Shown: positions 55,179 to 64,000 of the stretch, one piece after another
Position numbering within the stretch: position 1 is the first letter of the stretch
How the letters are laid out: every line of letters begins with the position of its first letter
Made by a program: the position numbers and the translations under genes
Notes under the pieces: model-generated
Told to the model about the DNA's origin: nothing
Databases searched by the model: none
What the model saw: the letters and a program-made list of their open reading frames with translations, nothing else
Source: Candidatus Poseidoniaceae archaeon
GTDB lineage: Archaea; Thermoplasmatota; Poseidoniia; Poseidoniales; Poseidoniaceae
NCBI GenBank assembly: GCA_028353405.1
Contig: JAOMOG010000002.1
Coordinates: 1,514-65,513 of the forward strand
DNA: 64,000 nucleotides
Reading direction: 5' to 3'

Positions 55179-57695
55179 ATGGGAGTCAGCGAAAGCAAGA
55201 CGATTGATGCAGCTAGTGCAAACTCGCCTGCTCGCAATGGGTCTGACTCCGTATCTTTGTCATCATTGAGATCTCAATTCACTTCTAGTAAATCAATGTC
55301 ACTTGACCAAGCGACATTAGGTAGCGCACGTTTCCGTCAAGAAGAGAGGCTGCGAGGCGATATTCGTAGAGAAAAGCGAATTCGTCAGCAAGCAATGGAT
55401 GAAAGAATAGCAGCAATGAAAGATTCAGTTGCTACAGATTTAGCAGTTAGTCACGAACTTACAATGGACGCATTAGAGAAAGAAATGCGCGAAGGAATGG
55501 AACAAGAACTTGCCGAAATGGAGCGAGAATCATTATCCAGAGAAGAAGGGAGGATGCGAATGGAATTAGATTTGCGCCTCAATCGCCAACTAGATTCATT
55601 ACGTGAAGGAATTGAAGTTGAGCAAGACAGAAGGCTCAATGAACATAAGGAGCAGATAAAATCCAATATTGAAGCACAATTGCAACAGGAACATCGTCAG
55701 CGTCTCGATATTCAAAAAGAGAGATTATCTCTTGAATATAATCAAGAATTACAACGAAGGGTTAGAGAGATTGAAGTCAACATAGAAGTTGAAATGGAAA
55801 CACGATTCAAACAAATGGAAAGTGCTGAAATCAACCGTCTTGAAGAAGGCCATATCGCTCGTTTAGCAGAAAGAGAAGAACAATTACGCAGAGGTATTAG
55901 AACTCGCCTAGAACAACAACTTAGAGGTCGTCTAAAGCAAAGAGAAGCTAGGCTAAAAGCAGAATACGAACGCCGTAGTCTACGTTTAGAAGAAGATATT
56001 GCTCAACAATTACAAGAGGAATTAGAAGTTCGCTTGCGCCAGGAAACAGATGATCTTGAAGAAAACATGAGAGAAGATGTCGAACTTGCAATAGCGAGAC
56101 GCCGTGATGAGTTACGTGTTGAAATTGCTCGCCAATTAGAGGAGCGCCACTCCGAAATACTTAGTGAAAGGAAATCACGACTTCGAGAAAAGTATGATAT
56201 CACCTTTTCAAAGGCAGTCGATGACATCTCTCATTCACTGAAGACAGAGGTTGAGTCTGAACTTGACCTCAGAATGGAAGAGGAATTCACAAATTACCGT
56301 AGTGCTAGAGAAGCAGAAATTCAAAATCGTCTTGCTCGCTTTAGATATGATCGAGAATCTGAATTACGTGACCAATTAGGCGCCCAATACGAAGCCAAGA
56401 AGGTCGATTGGTCGGAACGTCTTGAACTCGAATTCCAATCACGTGAATCAGCAGCAAGAAAGGCGATTATGTCTGAAGTTGATGCCGGATTACGTAATGA
56501 ACGTTTGACCTTTGAAACCGATCTTGACTTATTGAAGGAAGAGACTTCTCTTGAACTTGAAATTGATATGGAAGAAAGACTCAACGATTTCAAGGTCCGC
56601 AAAGAAAACGAAGTCGCTACTCAACTTGAAAGGCAACTTGACAAGCGTGAAGAGATTATGCGAAACAAGGCTCTCATCGATGTTAGAAAGAGAGAAGCTT
56701 CAATCAGAGCAGAAATCGAAGCACAACTTGGACTCAAGCGTGCAGAAATTCGTGACCGCTTAAGTGGTCTAAGTGAGAAGATGGATTCATTCAAGGAAAT
56801 GGCTGAAGAGAAGATGCGTGATGCAGTCACCAATCAAATCCAAGGTGAGATTGATAGTGAACAAGCGATCCTACAAAGTCGTGAACAAGAATTCAAAGAA
56901 TTACAAACCCAAGACAATAAGGTCGACAAGCGCCAAACATGGATGCAAGCAATTTCTGGACAAGGAACTCAAGGAATGCAAGCAACTGGCATGGATCCAT
57001 TTGCATTGGGGGCACGCCAAGGAGCACAATCAGGTGGAAGGCCGTTAGGCGGTACCTTGGGTGCTGCTGCACAACAACATCAACCAAGAATTGGTCTGGC
57101 TGGAATGAGGTCGCCAACGACAAGTGCAAAACCACTTTCGTCGGCAATTCCAATGGCTAGACCTGTTAAATCGCCTCTGATTAATCAACCAACTAGCGCT
57201 GCTACAACTGCTGCATTACCAGCACCAGTTCAACAGAAAGTTGTACGTTCTCCAATAATGCCGGTACAACCGATTACCCAGATTGAGCAAAAGCCTACTA
57301 TCGTTCAACCTGTGTCAACTCCGATAGATCCAATTGAACAAGTGGAAGAGATTGTCGCTGAAGAAGAAATAATCGCAGATATCAATATTGAGGATGAGAT
57401 GGCAGAAGCAATCTCAGAAGAATTAGTTGCGGAACTTGAAGATGAACCAAAAACAGCATTACTTACTCCGATTAGAGCTAAACTTTCGGTTGCAGAACCA
57501 GAACAGCAAAAAGTTGCATCATTAACTCCAATTAAACAATTACAACCGGTTAAGAAAATGAGAGGAAGCCCTCCAAGTTCTGGAAAGGGAGAAGCACCTT
57601 CAATGGCAACATTGAATCCTGTCAAAAAATTGACTCCTCTTAAAATCGAGAGAAGAAAGTTACAACCTTCTAAAGAAGACGAAGAAGATAATTGA
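55179..57695 (+). CDS. Long E/R-rich coiled-coil protein with Pro-rich disordered C-terminus
   Basis: About 540 aa of Pro-free helical sequence followed by a G/P-rich tail with LxP(I/V)(K/R) repeats; no TM and no ATPase motif. Confidence 0.85.
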   Translation: MGVSESKTIDAASANSPARNGSDSVSLSSLRSQFTSSKSMSLDQATLGSARFRQEERLRGDIRREKRIRQQAMDERIAAMKDSVATDLAVSHELTMDALEKEMREGMEQELAEMERESLSREEGRMRMELDLRLNRQLDSLREGIEVEQDRRLNEHKEQIKSNIEAQLQQEHRQRLDIQKERLSLEYNQELQRRVREIEVNIEVEMETRFKQMESAEINRLEEGHIARLAEREEQLRRGIRTRLEQQLRGRLKQREARLKAEYERRSLRLEEDIAQQLQEELEVRLRQETDDLEENMREDVELAIARRRDELRVEIARQLEERHSEILSERKSRLREKYDITFSKAVDDISHSLKTEVESELDLRMEEEFTNYRSAREAEIQNRLARFRYDRESELRDQLGAQYEAKKVDWSERLELEFQSRESAARKAIMSEVDAGLRNERLTFETDLDLLKEETSLELEIDMEERLNDFKVRKENEVATQLERQLDKREEIMRNKALIDVRKREASIRAEIEAQLGLKRAEIRDRLSGLSEKMDSFKEMAEEKMRDAVTNQIQGEIDSEQAILQSREQEFKELQTQDNKVDKRQTWMQAISGQGTQGMQATGMDPFALGARQGAQSGGRPLGGTLGAAAQQHQPRIGLAGMRSPTTSAKPLSSAIPMARPVKSPLINQPTSAATTAALPAPVQQKVVRSPIMPVQPITQIEQKPTIVQPVSTPIDPIEQVEEIVAEEEIIADINIEDEMAEAISEELVAELEDEPKTALLTPIRAKLSVAEPEQQKVASLTPIKQLQPVKKMRGSPPSSGKGEAPSMATLNPVKKLTPLKIERRKLQPSKEDEEDN

Positions 57696-57771
57696 TTAAG
57701 ATTGGTCACAGGACCGATTAATTGCACTTTTACCCGTCTGTTTCATATCTAAATGCGTTTTCGAGTAGGAC

Positions 57772-60228
57772 ATGAAGCGCGGCGTTTGTTTAATATTAGC
57801 ATTTTTACTATTACCCCTGACAGGGTTCTTGCCGAGTATTTCTGCAGATACAAGTAATTTGATTGAAGCGGGGATTACTGATGAATTCGATGAAGAGTTG
57901 GTTTTTTGGCAAAGAATGGATGATGGCACAATTTTGATGGTAGATGATACTGGAAACCTCAGTGTTAACAGTTTTTCTAATGGTCAACATGCACTACAGT
58001 GGAACATTGATTTGAATGTTTCAGCAAATTCAGCGAGGCTCGATGATGCACAACAATTAGTAGCAGTTGCCCACGATGATGGAATCTCCATCATCCATTT
58101 GGATTTCCAAATAGTCAATAGAAATATCTCATTGCAATGGCCCGTCGATTCGGTGGATTGGGATGATCAGGGTGATTTATGGCTAGCCCATTATGCGGGA
58201 AGACGTCGTGCTGAAGAGTATAGTCCAGAAGGTGCTACCGGAGTGTACACTACTGCTATAAGTGCCGGTATGAGTGCATTTCAAGTTTTGAATGATGGAA
58301 GACTTATCACTGGAAGTTATGATACAAAGATCTACGTCAGCGATGATGGCGGAGCAGCATTAGGGACATTGACAGATTCAAATGCAATAATAAAAGTATT
58401 ATTTGAAGATTCAAACAGTGATTTAATAGTTGGAACAGCAAATGGAAAATTGCTCAGATATAACACAAGTTCTTGGGCTGTTGAATCATTAACTCTTTCA
58501 CATGGAAAAGCAATATCTTCTATTCAACAATATGATAACTCAACATATGCAATCGGTTCAAAAAGTGGGCATCTAAGTATTGTGGATGTGACTACATTTA
58601 GCGAACAAAACACACATACTGCAACTGGATATGTAATCGGTTCACTTCAATATTACACATCTGCAATTTATGTAGCAAGCACTACTCCTACAAGCTCAAA
58701 AATTTACCTTTTCGACATCGATTCTGATTCAGATGGAGTAACTGACCGGTTGGATAAGTTCCCTACTGAATCAACTCAGTGGGATGATGAAGATGGCGAT
58801 GGATATGGCGATAACCCTCTAGGATTTTCTCCAGATGCATTCCCGCAAGATAGCACACAGCATCTCGATACTGATGGTGATGGTTATGGCGATTCACCTA
58901 TAGGATTTGAAGGCGATTTATTCCCTAATAATGCCGACCAATGGCAAGACCGTGATGGAGATGGTTATGGTGATAACGAAAATGGCCAAGCGGGTGATAA
59001 ATATCCGGATGAACCAACTCAATGGGCGGATTACGATCAGGATGGATATGGAGACAACCAAGCCGGACTAAATCCCGATGGATGCCCTCAAACAAACGGG
59101 TTTTCAACTATTGATAGATTTGGATGCTTAGATTCAGATCAAGATGGATATTCTAACCCATCCTCGGATTGGGGCATTTCTAATGGTGCAGATGCTTTAC
59201 CAAATCAAGGCACTCAATGGCTTGACGGAGATGGAGATGGATATGGTGATAATGCAGACGGGCTACAACCGGATGCCTGTCCTTGGCAAGCAGGCAATTC
59301 AACAAAAACTTGGCTGTTAAATGAAAGTTCAGTTATTGGCTTCACAGAAGTTACTTCGTATGGTTGTGAAGACCTTGATGGTGATGGATGGGTTGACTTC
59401 TCGGAGTCACTAGGCATGGATACAGACCCGAATGAGCACTATGATGCAGACGGTGATGGTGCTGGTGCAAATTCAGATTACGATGACAGTAATCCGCAGA
59501 TAAAATCGGAACAAGACCACTGTAATATGAATCAGGATGATGTTAGTAGCCAATGCGAAGGATGGCGTTCAGATGATTATCAAGAATACTTGTCGCGTGA
59601 TAGAGAAGTCAATGAGACTGATATGTCATTCTATGCATGGAATGCAAGTAATAATGCAGGACTCTTAACCGAGCCAGGTGAAATTGATGAAGGGGTTTTG
59701 GCTCAAGTAGCAACCGTCGGTGGAATAGCCTTTATCTCACTCACAATAGTAATACTAGTGATTGCGATGATAGTTAGGAAGCGTAAGGTTGCAGCCTTGG
59801 TAAAGTTGTATGGAGTTCCATATGTGCCAAAGGAATCATCTGCTAGTTTAGAAGCATTACAAGGTTCAGCTGGATCTTCAGCAATTGGTGGTGTCGAAGC
59901 TGATTCTGGTTGGGAAGACAGTATTGATAGCCTCGACTTCTCGGCAGAAAACAATACAGAGTTAGAGGCTGATGGTTTAGAAGCAGATGTGTCTAGTGAA
60001 GATATGTTGGATGTGGATTCAATATATGGTGATTCAAGTTCCATTGAGGACATTGCAGGAATGCCACAAGCACAAGCTCCTGTTGAGGAAGTAGCCGCAG
60101 CAGCACCAGAATCTAACCAACCTCCAGCACAGACCGCACCACTACCAGAAGGTGGACTACCGGCCGGATGGACGATGGAACAATGGCAATGGTACGGCCA
60201 TGAATGGCTTGCTAAGAATGCTAAGTAA
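57772..60228 (+). CDS. Cell-surface protein: WD40-like propeller + TSP3 repeats + TM + acidic cytoplasmic tail with GWxxEQW motif
   Basis: Signal peptide, LITGSYD and LIVGTANG propeller blades, DxDGDGYGDN repeats, TM GIAFISLTIVILVIAMIV, C-terminal LPAGWTMEQWQWYGHEW. Confidence 0.88.
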   Translation: MKRGVCLILAFLLLPLTGFLPSISADTSNLIEAGITDEFDEELVFWQRMDDGTILMVDDTGNLSVNSFSNGQHALQWNIDLNVSANSARLDDAQQLVAVAHDDGISIIHLDFQIVNRNISLQWPVDSVDWDDQGDLWLAHYAGRRRAEEYSPEGATGVYTTAISAGMSAFQVLNDGRLITGSYDTKIYVSDDGGAALGTLTDSNAIIKVLFEDSNSDLIVGTANGKLLRYNTSSWAVESLTLSHGKAISSIQQYDNSTYAIGSKSGHLSIVDVTTFSEQNTHTATGYVIGSLQYYTSAIYVASTTPTSSKIYLFDIDSDSDGVTDRLDKFPTESTQWDDEDGDGYGDNPLGFSPDAFPQDSTQHLDTDGDGYGDSPIGFEGDLFPNNADQWQDRDGDGYGDNENGQAGDKYPDEPTQWADYDQDGYGDNQAGLNPDGCPQTNGFSTIDRFGCLDSDQDGYSNPSSDWGISNGADALPNQGTQWLDGDGDGYGDNADGLQPDACPWQAGNSTKTWLLNESSVIGFTEVTSYGCEDLDGDGWVDFSESLGMDTDPNEHYDADGDGAGANSDYDDSNPQIKSEQDHCNMNQDDVSSQCEGWRSDDYQEYLSRDREVNETDMSFYAWNASNNAGLLTEPGEIDEGVLAQVATVGGIAFISLTIVILVIAMIVRKRKVAALVKLYGVPYVPKESSASLEALQGSAGSSAIGGVEADSGWEDSIDSLDFSAENNTELEADGLEADVSSEDMLDVDSIYGDSSSIEDIAGMPQAQAPVEEVAAAAPESNQPPAQTAPLPEGGLPAGWTMEQWQWYGHEWLAKNAK

Positions 60229-60242
60229 CGTTCCTATCAGAA

Positions 60243-62594
60243 TCATTCATCCTTTGATTCGACAATAGATGCGAGTAATCCACTGATAAATTCAGATATT
60301 GCAGTTACTATCTTTTCGACCATATTTGCTTCGACTTCAACATCTTCAACAACTTCAGGGGTTACAACAGTTTGACAATCCATTACTTCAGTCTCTACTA
60401 ATTCACCATCTTCAAACAATGTGCCCAATAAGCAGTATTCTCCGCTTTCTAATTCTATCTCATCGGTTACTAGCCATGTATCAGTAATTTGTAACCCAGT
60501 AGAATTTTCGATCCCTTCTGAGCCAGAAACGATATCAAAGGTAGCAGTAGAAACGATCCACCACTCAATTGTGTAATCTTTAGAGGAATCAAGATTGGAA
60601 GCTGTTAGAGATAGAATGGAAGGAGATGTTGTAGTATCTAATTCAGCATCGAGTGTAGGTGGAATGTAAGGTTGTTCATCCTCATCACCAGTATCGTTGT
60701 CTCCACCAGTGTTGTTATCATCATCACCAGTATCGTTGTCTCCACCAGTATTGTCATCTCCATTGCAGTCTTTTTGAGCAAGTCCAAGAATGTTATACTC
60801 AACTACACCTCGGGCATTACCATAGTTCATCATGAATAAGTTTCCATTATGGCCAAGACCGACATTATCGCCACCATGTCCCTGGACCCATCCATGAACA
60901 TCGCTTAATATCGCATCTTCAGTATTTCCATCTGAAATTTCTAGAGTCGAATCTCCACCAAAATCAATAGAATGGTAATTCCCTCCATAAGCTAGCGCGA
61001 CTCCTGGTTGACGGAAAACAAAACCAACATATTGATCTTCGGATGTAATCAATGTATTTACAAAATCTGTTACATCTAAAGTGAATACATCTTCTCCATT
61101 GTATGATACATTCTTTACAAAGACACCACTCTGGTAATCTGAATTTGTTAGAACTCCATCACCAGTAAATCCATAAATTTCCCATGTAATTGGATAAACC
61201 ACATAATCTGTTGTATGTGTATCAGAACGTGTTAATTCAATATTTGCGGTACATACATCGTTGTCTCCGCCAGTGTTATTGTCTTCGCCAGTATTGTTGT
61301 CGTCATCACCAGTCTTGTTACCACCTGTACTATTTGATTGGATTGTAAAACAAGCAGTATCATCATCAACAGGTGTGTATGTATTACCATCATATACCTT
61401 TAACAATGCTTCCCAGCAATAATCGCCCAATGGAAGACTCAGAGATGAATAGTTCATTCCAAAAGTACTGCCATCTTCACTAATTGGGAAACCCCAGTGT
61501 CCATAAGGACCTAGCTGTTGAACACCTAAGTTCATCGATGCCCAGTTATTTCCTCCACCCCATCCTTGAATATCGTAATTCATACCGTTTGAATTATTCA
61601 ACCATGCGATTAAGGACATTGAATTATTGGAAGGAATCCAACAAGTGTCAAAATATCCATCGAATTGATCTCCTATGTTGTAAACAGAATTTACATCAGT
61701 GATGTTGACTAAACCATCAATTGGCAGTATAGAACTCACACAACCCATGCCAGCATCGTCATCTCCTAGGTCATCTTCTAATACACATTCATATACATCT
61801 CTAATAGAATCATATGAACCAGAGTTACCTCGATTCCGGAATGTTATTTCCTCATTAAAAGTTCTTAATTCAACAGAGATTGTGTTTGGCCAGAACTTTT
61901 GACAGTACTCTAGTTTACGGTCACCATAACCTTCTGCTCCCCACTGCGCATGTGTCCCTCCACCAGACACACCATCGGAATCGGTCATCCAGACACCATT
62001 TTCATTGTGCTGGTTAACCTTTCCAGACCAGAATGAGATTCTAGGTGTAGTATCATTTTTAGTATCATTCAGTGGTATGACAATAAGCATTCCAGACTGT
62101 TGAACCGGATCCCCATTTATCGATTCTGCATCAAGTTCCCAATTGACTAAAAGTCGATTCGCTAGAGCTCCAGTTGCATCCAATGTCAAAGTACTTGCTG
62201 CTGAACTTACGAAGAACGTTGATGCTTGTGTTGGGATACGATCAGTTGCGGAATTGTAAGGGCTGATACCATCCTGGTCTACCACTTTGAAAACAGTTAA
62301 TTCAATAGTTCCTGAATCTAGGTTTGCTACACAGTCAATGTCCATTGTATATGTTTCAGGCTCCACAATGATTCTAGTGAGTTGCCCGTAAATCCTTTGC
62401 CCGAAGTCTTCTATGTCTTGTGAATCATAAATGTCGCCTTGACTATCGGTAAGTGATAGGTCACAGACATCTTCAATTCCACCCATGTATGTAGGGCTTG
62501 CTGAAGCAAATGCGGTTAATGGTGCTAACAAAAATATCAATGTAACTATGATAGTTTTTGTCAATTTCTTCTTTGAACTTGCAAGTTTTTGCAT
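60243..62594 (-). CDS. Secreted modular hypothetical protein with D/N/T/G linkers
   Basis: Signal peptide, several globular modules separated by GDDDNNTGG repeats, amphipathic C-terminal helix. Confidence 0.8.
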   Translation of the reverse strand: MQKLASSKKKLTKTIIVTLIFLLAPLTAFASASPTYMGGIEDVCDLSLTDSQGDIYDSQDIEDFGQRIYGQLTRIIVEPETYTMDIDCVANLDSGTIELTVFKVVDQDGISPYNSATDRIPTQASTFFVSSAASTLTLDATGALANRLLVNWELDAESINGDPVQQSGMLIVIPLNDTKNDTTPRISFWSGKVNQHNENGVWMTDSDGVSGGGTHAQWGAEGYGDRKLEYCQKFWPNTISVELRTFNEEITFRNRGNSGSYDSIRDVYECVLEDDLGDDDAGMGCVSSILPIDGLVNITDVNSVYNIGDQFDGYFDTCWIPSNNSMSLIAWLNNSNGMNYDIQGWGGGNNWASMNLGVQQLGPYGHWGFPISEDGSTFGMNYSSLSLPLGDYCWEALLKVYDGNTYTPVDDDTACFTIQSNSTGGNKTGDDDNNTGEDNNTGGDNDVCTANIELTRSDTHTTDYVVYPITWEIYGFTGDGVLTNSDYQSGVFVKNVSYNGEDVFTLDVTDFVNTLITSEDQYVGFVFRQPGVALAYGGNYHSIDFGGDSTLEISDGNTEDAILSDVHGWVQGHGGDNVGLGHNGNLFMMNYGNARGVVEYNILGLAQKDCNGDDNTGGDNDTGDDDNNTGGDNDTGDEDEQPYIPPTLDAELDTTTSPSILSLTASNLDSSKDYTIEWWIVSTATFDIVSGSEGIENSTGLQITDTWLVTDEIELESGEYCLLGTLFEDGELVETEVMDCQTVVTPEVVEDVEVEANMVEKIVTAISEFISGLLASIVESKDE
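60682..60749 (-). repeat. Intragenic direct repeat, 29 bp identical, 39-bp period
   Basis: TCATCACCAGTATCGTTGTCTCCACCAGT at 60682 and 60721 (+ strand); encodes the TGGDNDTGD linker. Confidence 0.9.
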
Positions 62595-62709
62595 GCTTAA
62601 TTATGTGTCATCCGAAGTATATGAATCAAAGTAAGGGCTCTGTTGGGATATCCCAAATTAATCAATTCCTGCGATGGTATAGGCTTAGAATAAATGACCA
62701 AATTAAAAA

Positions 62710-62964
62710 TTACAACCAAACAATGGGCAATGATTGCTTTAGTGCACCGAGTTCTTCACCACTATAGACAGGTTTTCCATCTTGTTTCAGAGTGTTCATT
62801 ATCAGCCATAGAACGCCATTCCAGGCGTTCGGTGCAACGAATATTTCAACATGACCACACGCAGCAGCCTCGAGTAACCTTCCTTCCTCAGTATTGGTAT
62901 CAAATAAAGCACGGACTAAATTTGCCGCTTTGAATTCAAATCCTTTTGGTCTCCAATCCATCAT
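62710..62964 (-). CDS. Small protein, degenerate PIN-like
   Basis: AANLVRALF..GRLLEAAACGHVEIFVAP..VLWL resembles the N-terminal half of a PIN fold but lacks the acidic catalytic residues; translationally coupled to the upstream gene. Confidence 0.55.
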   Translation of the reverse strand: MMDWRPKGFEFKAANLVRALFDTNTEEGRLLEAAACGHVEIFVAPNAWNGVLWLIMNTLKQDGKPVYSGEELGALKQSLPIVWL

Positions 62965-62969
62965 GAGTT

Positions 62970-63212
62970 TCACACCTTGAATGGAGCTAGATTTAATCGG
63001 TCAGCCAATTGATCAACAGGGACATCTGCAATATCTTTCATTCGCTGGCGCAAAGTGTCTATTTCACCTTGCATCTTTGCGATTTTGTGAGCACGTACCA
63101 TGTCGTTTAGCAAATCGTTTACACTTCTATGTCCACTACTAGTTCGCATTGTGTTAAGTTGTCTTCTTACTTCATAACTTACGCTAATCGATGTCATTCC
63201 TTCTGCAGTCAT
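62970..63212 (-). CDS. Ribbon-helix-helix DNA-binding protein with helical C-terminal extension
   Basis: TSISVS (ribbon), YEVRRQLNTMR (helix A), GHRSVNDLLNDMV (G-x-x-S-x-N-D-L-L, helix B). Confidence 0.72.
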   Translation of the reverse strand: MTAEGMTSISVSYEVRRQLNTMRTSSGHRSVNDLLNDMVRAHKIAKMQGEIDTLRQRMKDIADVPVDQLADRLNLAPFKV

Positions 63213-63240
63213 ATCTCATCCCTGTTACGCTGTGCGTTCT

Positions 63241-63290
63241 ATAGCATACTTAAGCCACGCGAAGCAAGTTTAGCAATAATTAGCAATTAT
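63241..63290. promoter_or_regulatory. Phased AGC(A/C) repeats and TATA-like element upstream of the RHH gene
   Basis: AGC at 63243, 63253, 63263, 63272 and 63282; TTAGCAAT twice (63270, 63280); minus-strand TTAAGTA about 35 nt before the ATG. Confidence 0.4.
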
Positions 63291-63299
63291 GCCACCTTT

Positions 63300-64000
63300 T
63301 TAGTTAGGCGGGGGAGTGAGATTTTGACGGTTTTGCCTATCTAATAATAATCTTGGAACTTCATTAACTCCAAACTCTCTTCTCATCTCTAATGTTCTTT
63401 GATGGAATTCTTTAGCCAAAGTCCAGTATTCGAGTGAACCTGCTCCAGAGCCAGAGTTTGTTGGTTTATTGAGAATAACAGTAGGTGCACCACTCCATGG
63501 GGCTTCTGCGACCTTTACCAACCTTCTAACAGTGGTATTGAATAGTTTGTTAGGCATTTTGGTATTGACTTGGTCACAAACATGGCGACTTAATTTAGAG
63601 CGGGAATCAACCATGGTCATCACCACTCCAAAAATCTTCAATTGGCGATTAATTCTTCTTTGGATCATCTTGATCGAATTCATCAGCATGCTAAATCCTT
63701 CTAGAGCATAGTATTCCGCTTGAACAGGGACCATTACCCAGTTAGCAGCACACATTGCATTTATCGAAAGTAATCCTAAACTAGGTGGTGTATCGATGAT
63801 AATATAATCAAAATTGTCAACGATTGGAAGTAACGCTTCTCTAAGTCGCGTTTCTCTTCCAATCTTGTGGCTCAATTCTATTTCAGCTCCAGACAAATGA
63901 ATGTCGCTTGGTAATAACCAAAGGTTTCCAGATGTAATATTTGCAGGCGCTTTCTTACCACCATTACGTAAACTCCAAGCCGCTCTCATCGCTTCTGTTA
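63300..64000 (-). CDS. parA: ParA/Soj family ATPase (5' end outside window)
   Basis: NLWLLPSDIHLSGAEIEL, DYIIIDTPPSLG (Walker B), VPVQAEYYALEG, TMVDSR, RRLVKVAEAP; frame stays open to the window edge. Confidence 0.92.
   Translation of the reverse strand, partial: TEAMRAAWSLRNGGKKAPANITSGNLWLLPSDIHLSGAEIELSHKIGRETRLREALLPIVDNFDYIIIDTPPSLGLLSINAMCAANWVMVPVQAEYYALEGFSMLMNSIKMIQRRINRQLKIFGVVMTMVDSRSKLSRHVCDQVNTKMPNKLFNTTVRRLVKVAEAPWSGAPTVILNKPTNSGSGAGSLEYWTLAKEFHQRTLEMRREFGVNEVPRLLLDRQNRQNLTPPPN

Noticed and set aside
55179-57695. SMC/Rad50 or Mic60 assignment for the coiled-coil protein
   Set aside because: No Walker A/B, hinge, Zn-hook or TM; the resemblance is compositional only.

Overview
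Gene-dense, streamlined chromosomal segment of an archaeon. EF-1alpha, S8e, SRP19, Sec61beta, GINS, a PIP-box PolB and PGF-CTERM tails show the domain, and the large acidic TSP3-repeat surface proteins plus several bacterial-type enzymes point to Marine Group II/Poseidoniales (inference from gene content). It holds about 50 CDS and two tRNAs (Ser-UGA, Leu-CAA), with no rRNA, CRISPR, IS element or prophage that I can support. Notable items: (1) an A1-type heme-copper oxidase operon in which four of the five proteins carry extra domains, including a Reeler-like CxCH domain on subunit I and a SCO chaperone split by a DUF4430-like and an EGF-like domain; (2) several candidate chromosome-organisation genes: ParA followed by a ribbon-helix-helix protein and a degenerate PIN-like protein with 10-bp-phased repeats between parA and the RHH gene, a membrane-anchored SAP-domain protein, an HhH plus histone-H1-like protein beside xerA, and a long non-heptad coiled-coil protein; (3) an APC transporter fused to an EF-hand pair; (4) a RimK-RCK_C fusion. 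All domain calls come from reading motifs by eye, not from database searches. Start codons were moved from the ORF track where RBS or context supported it.
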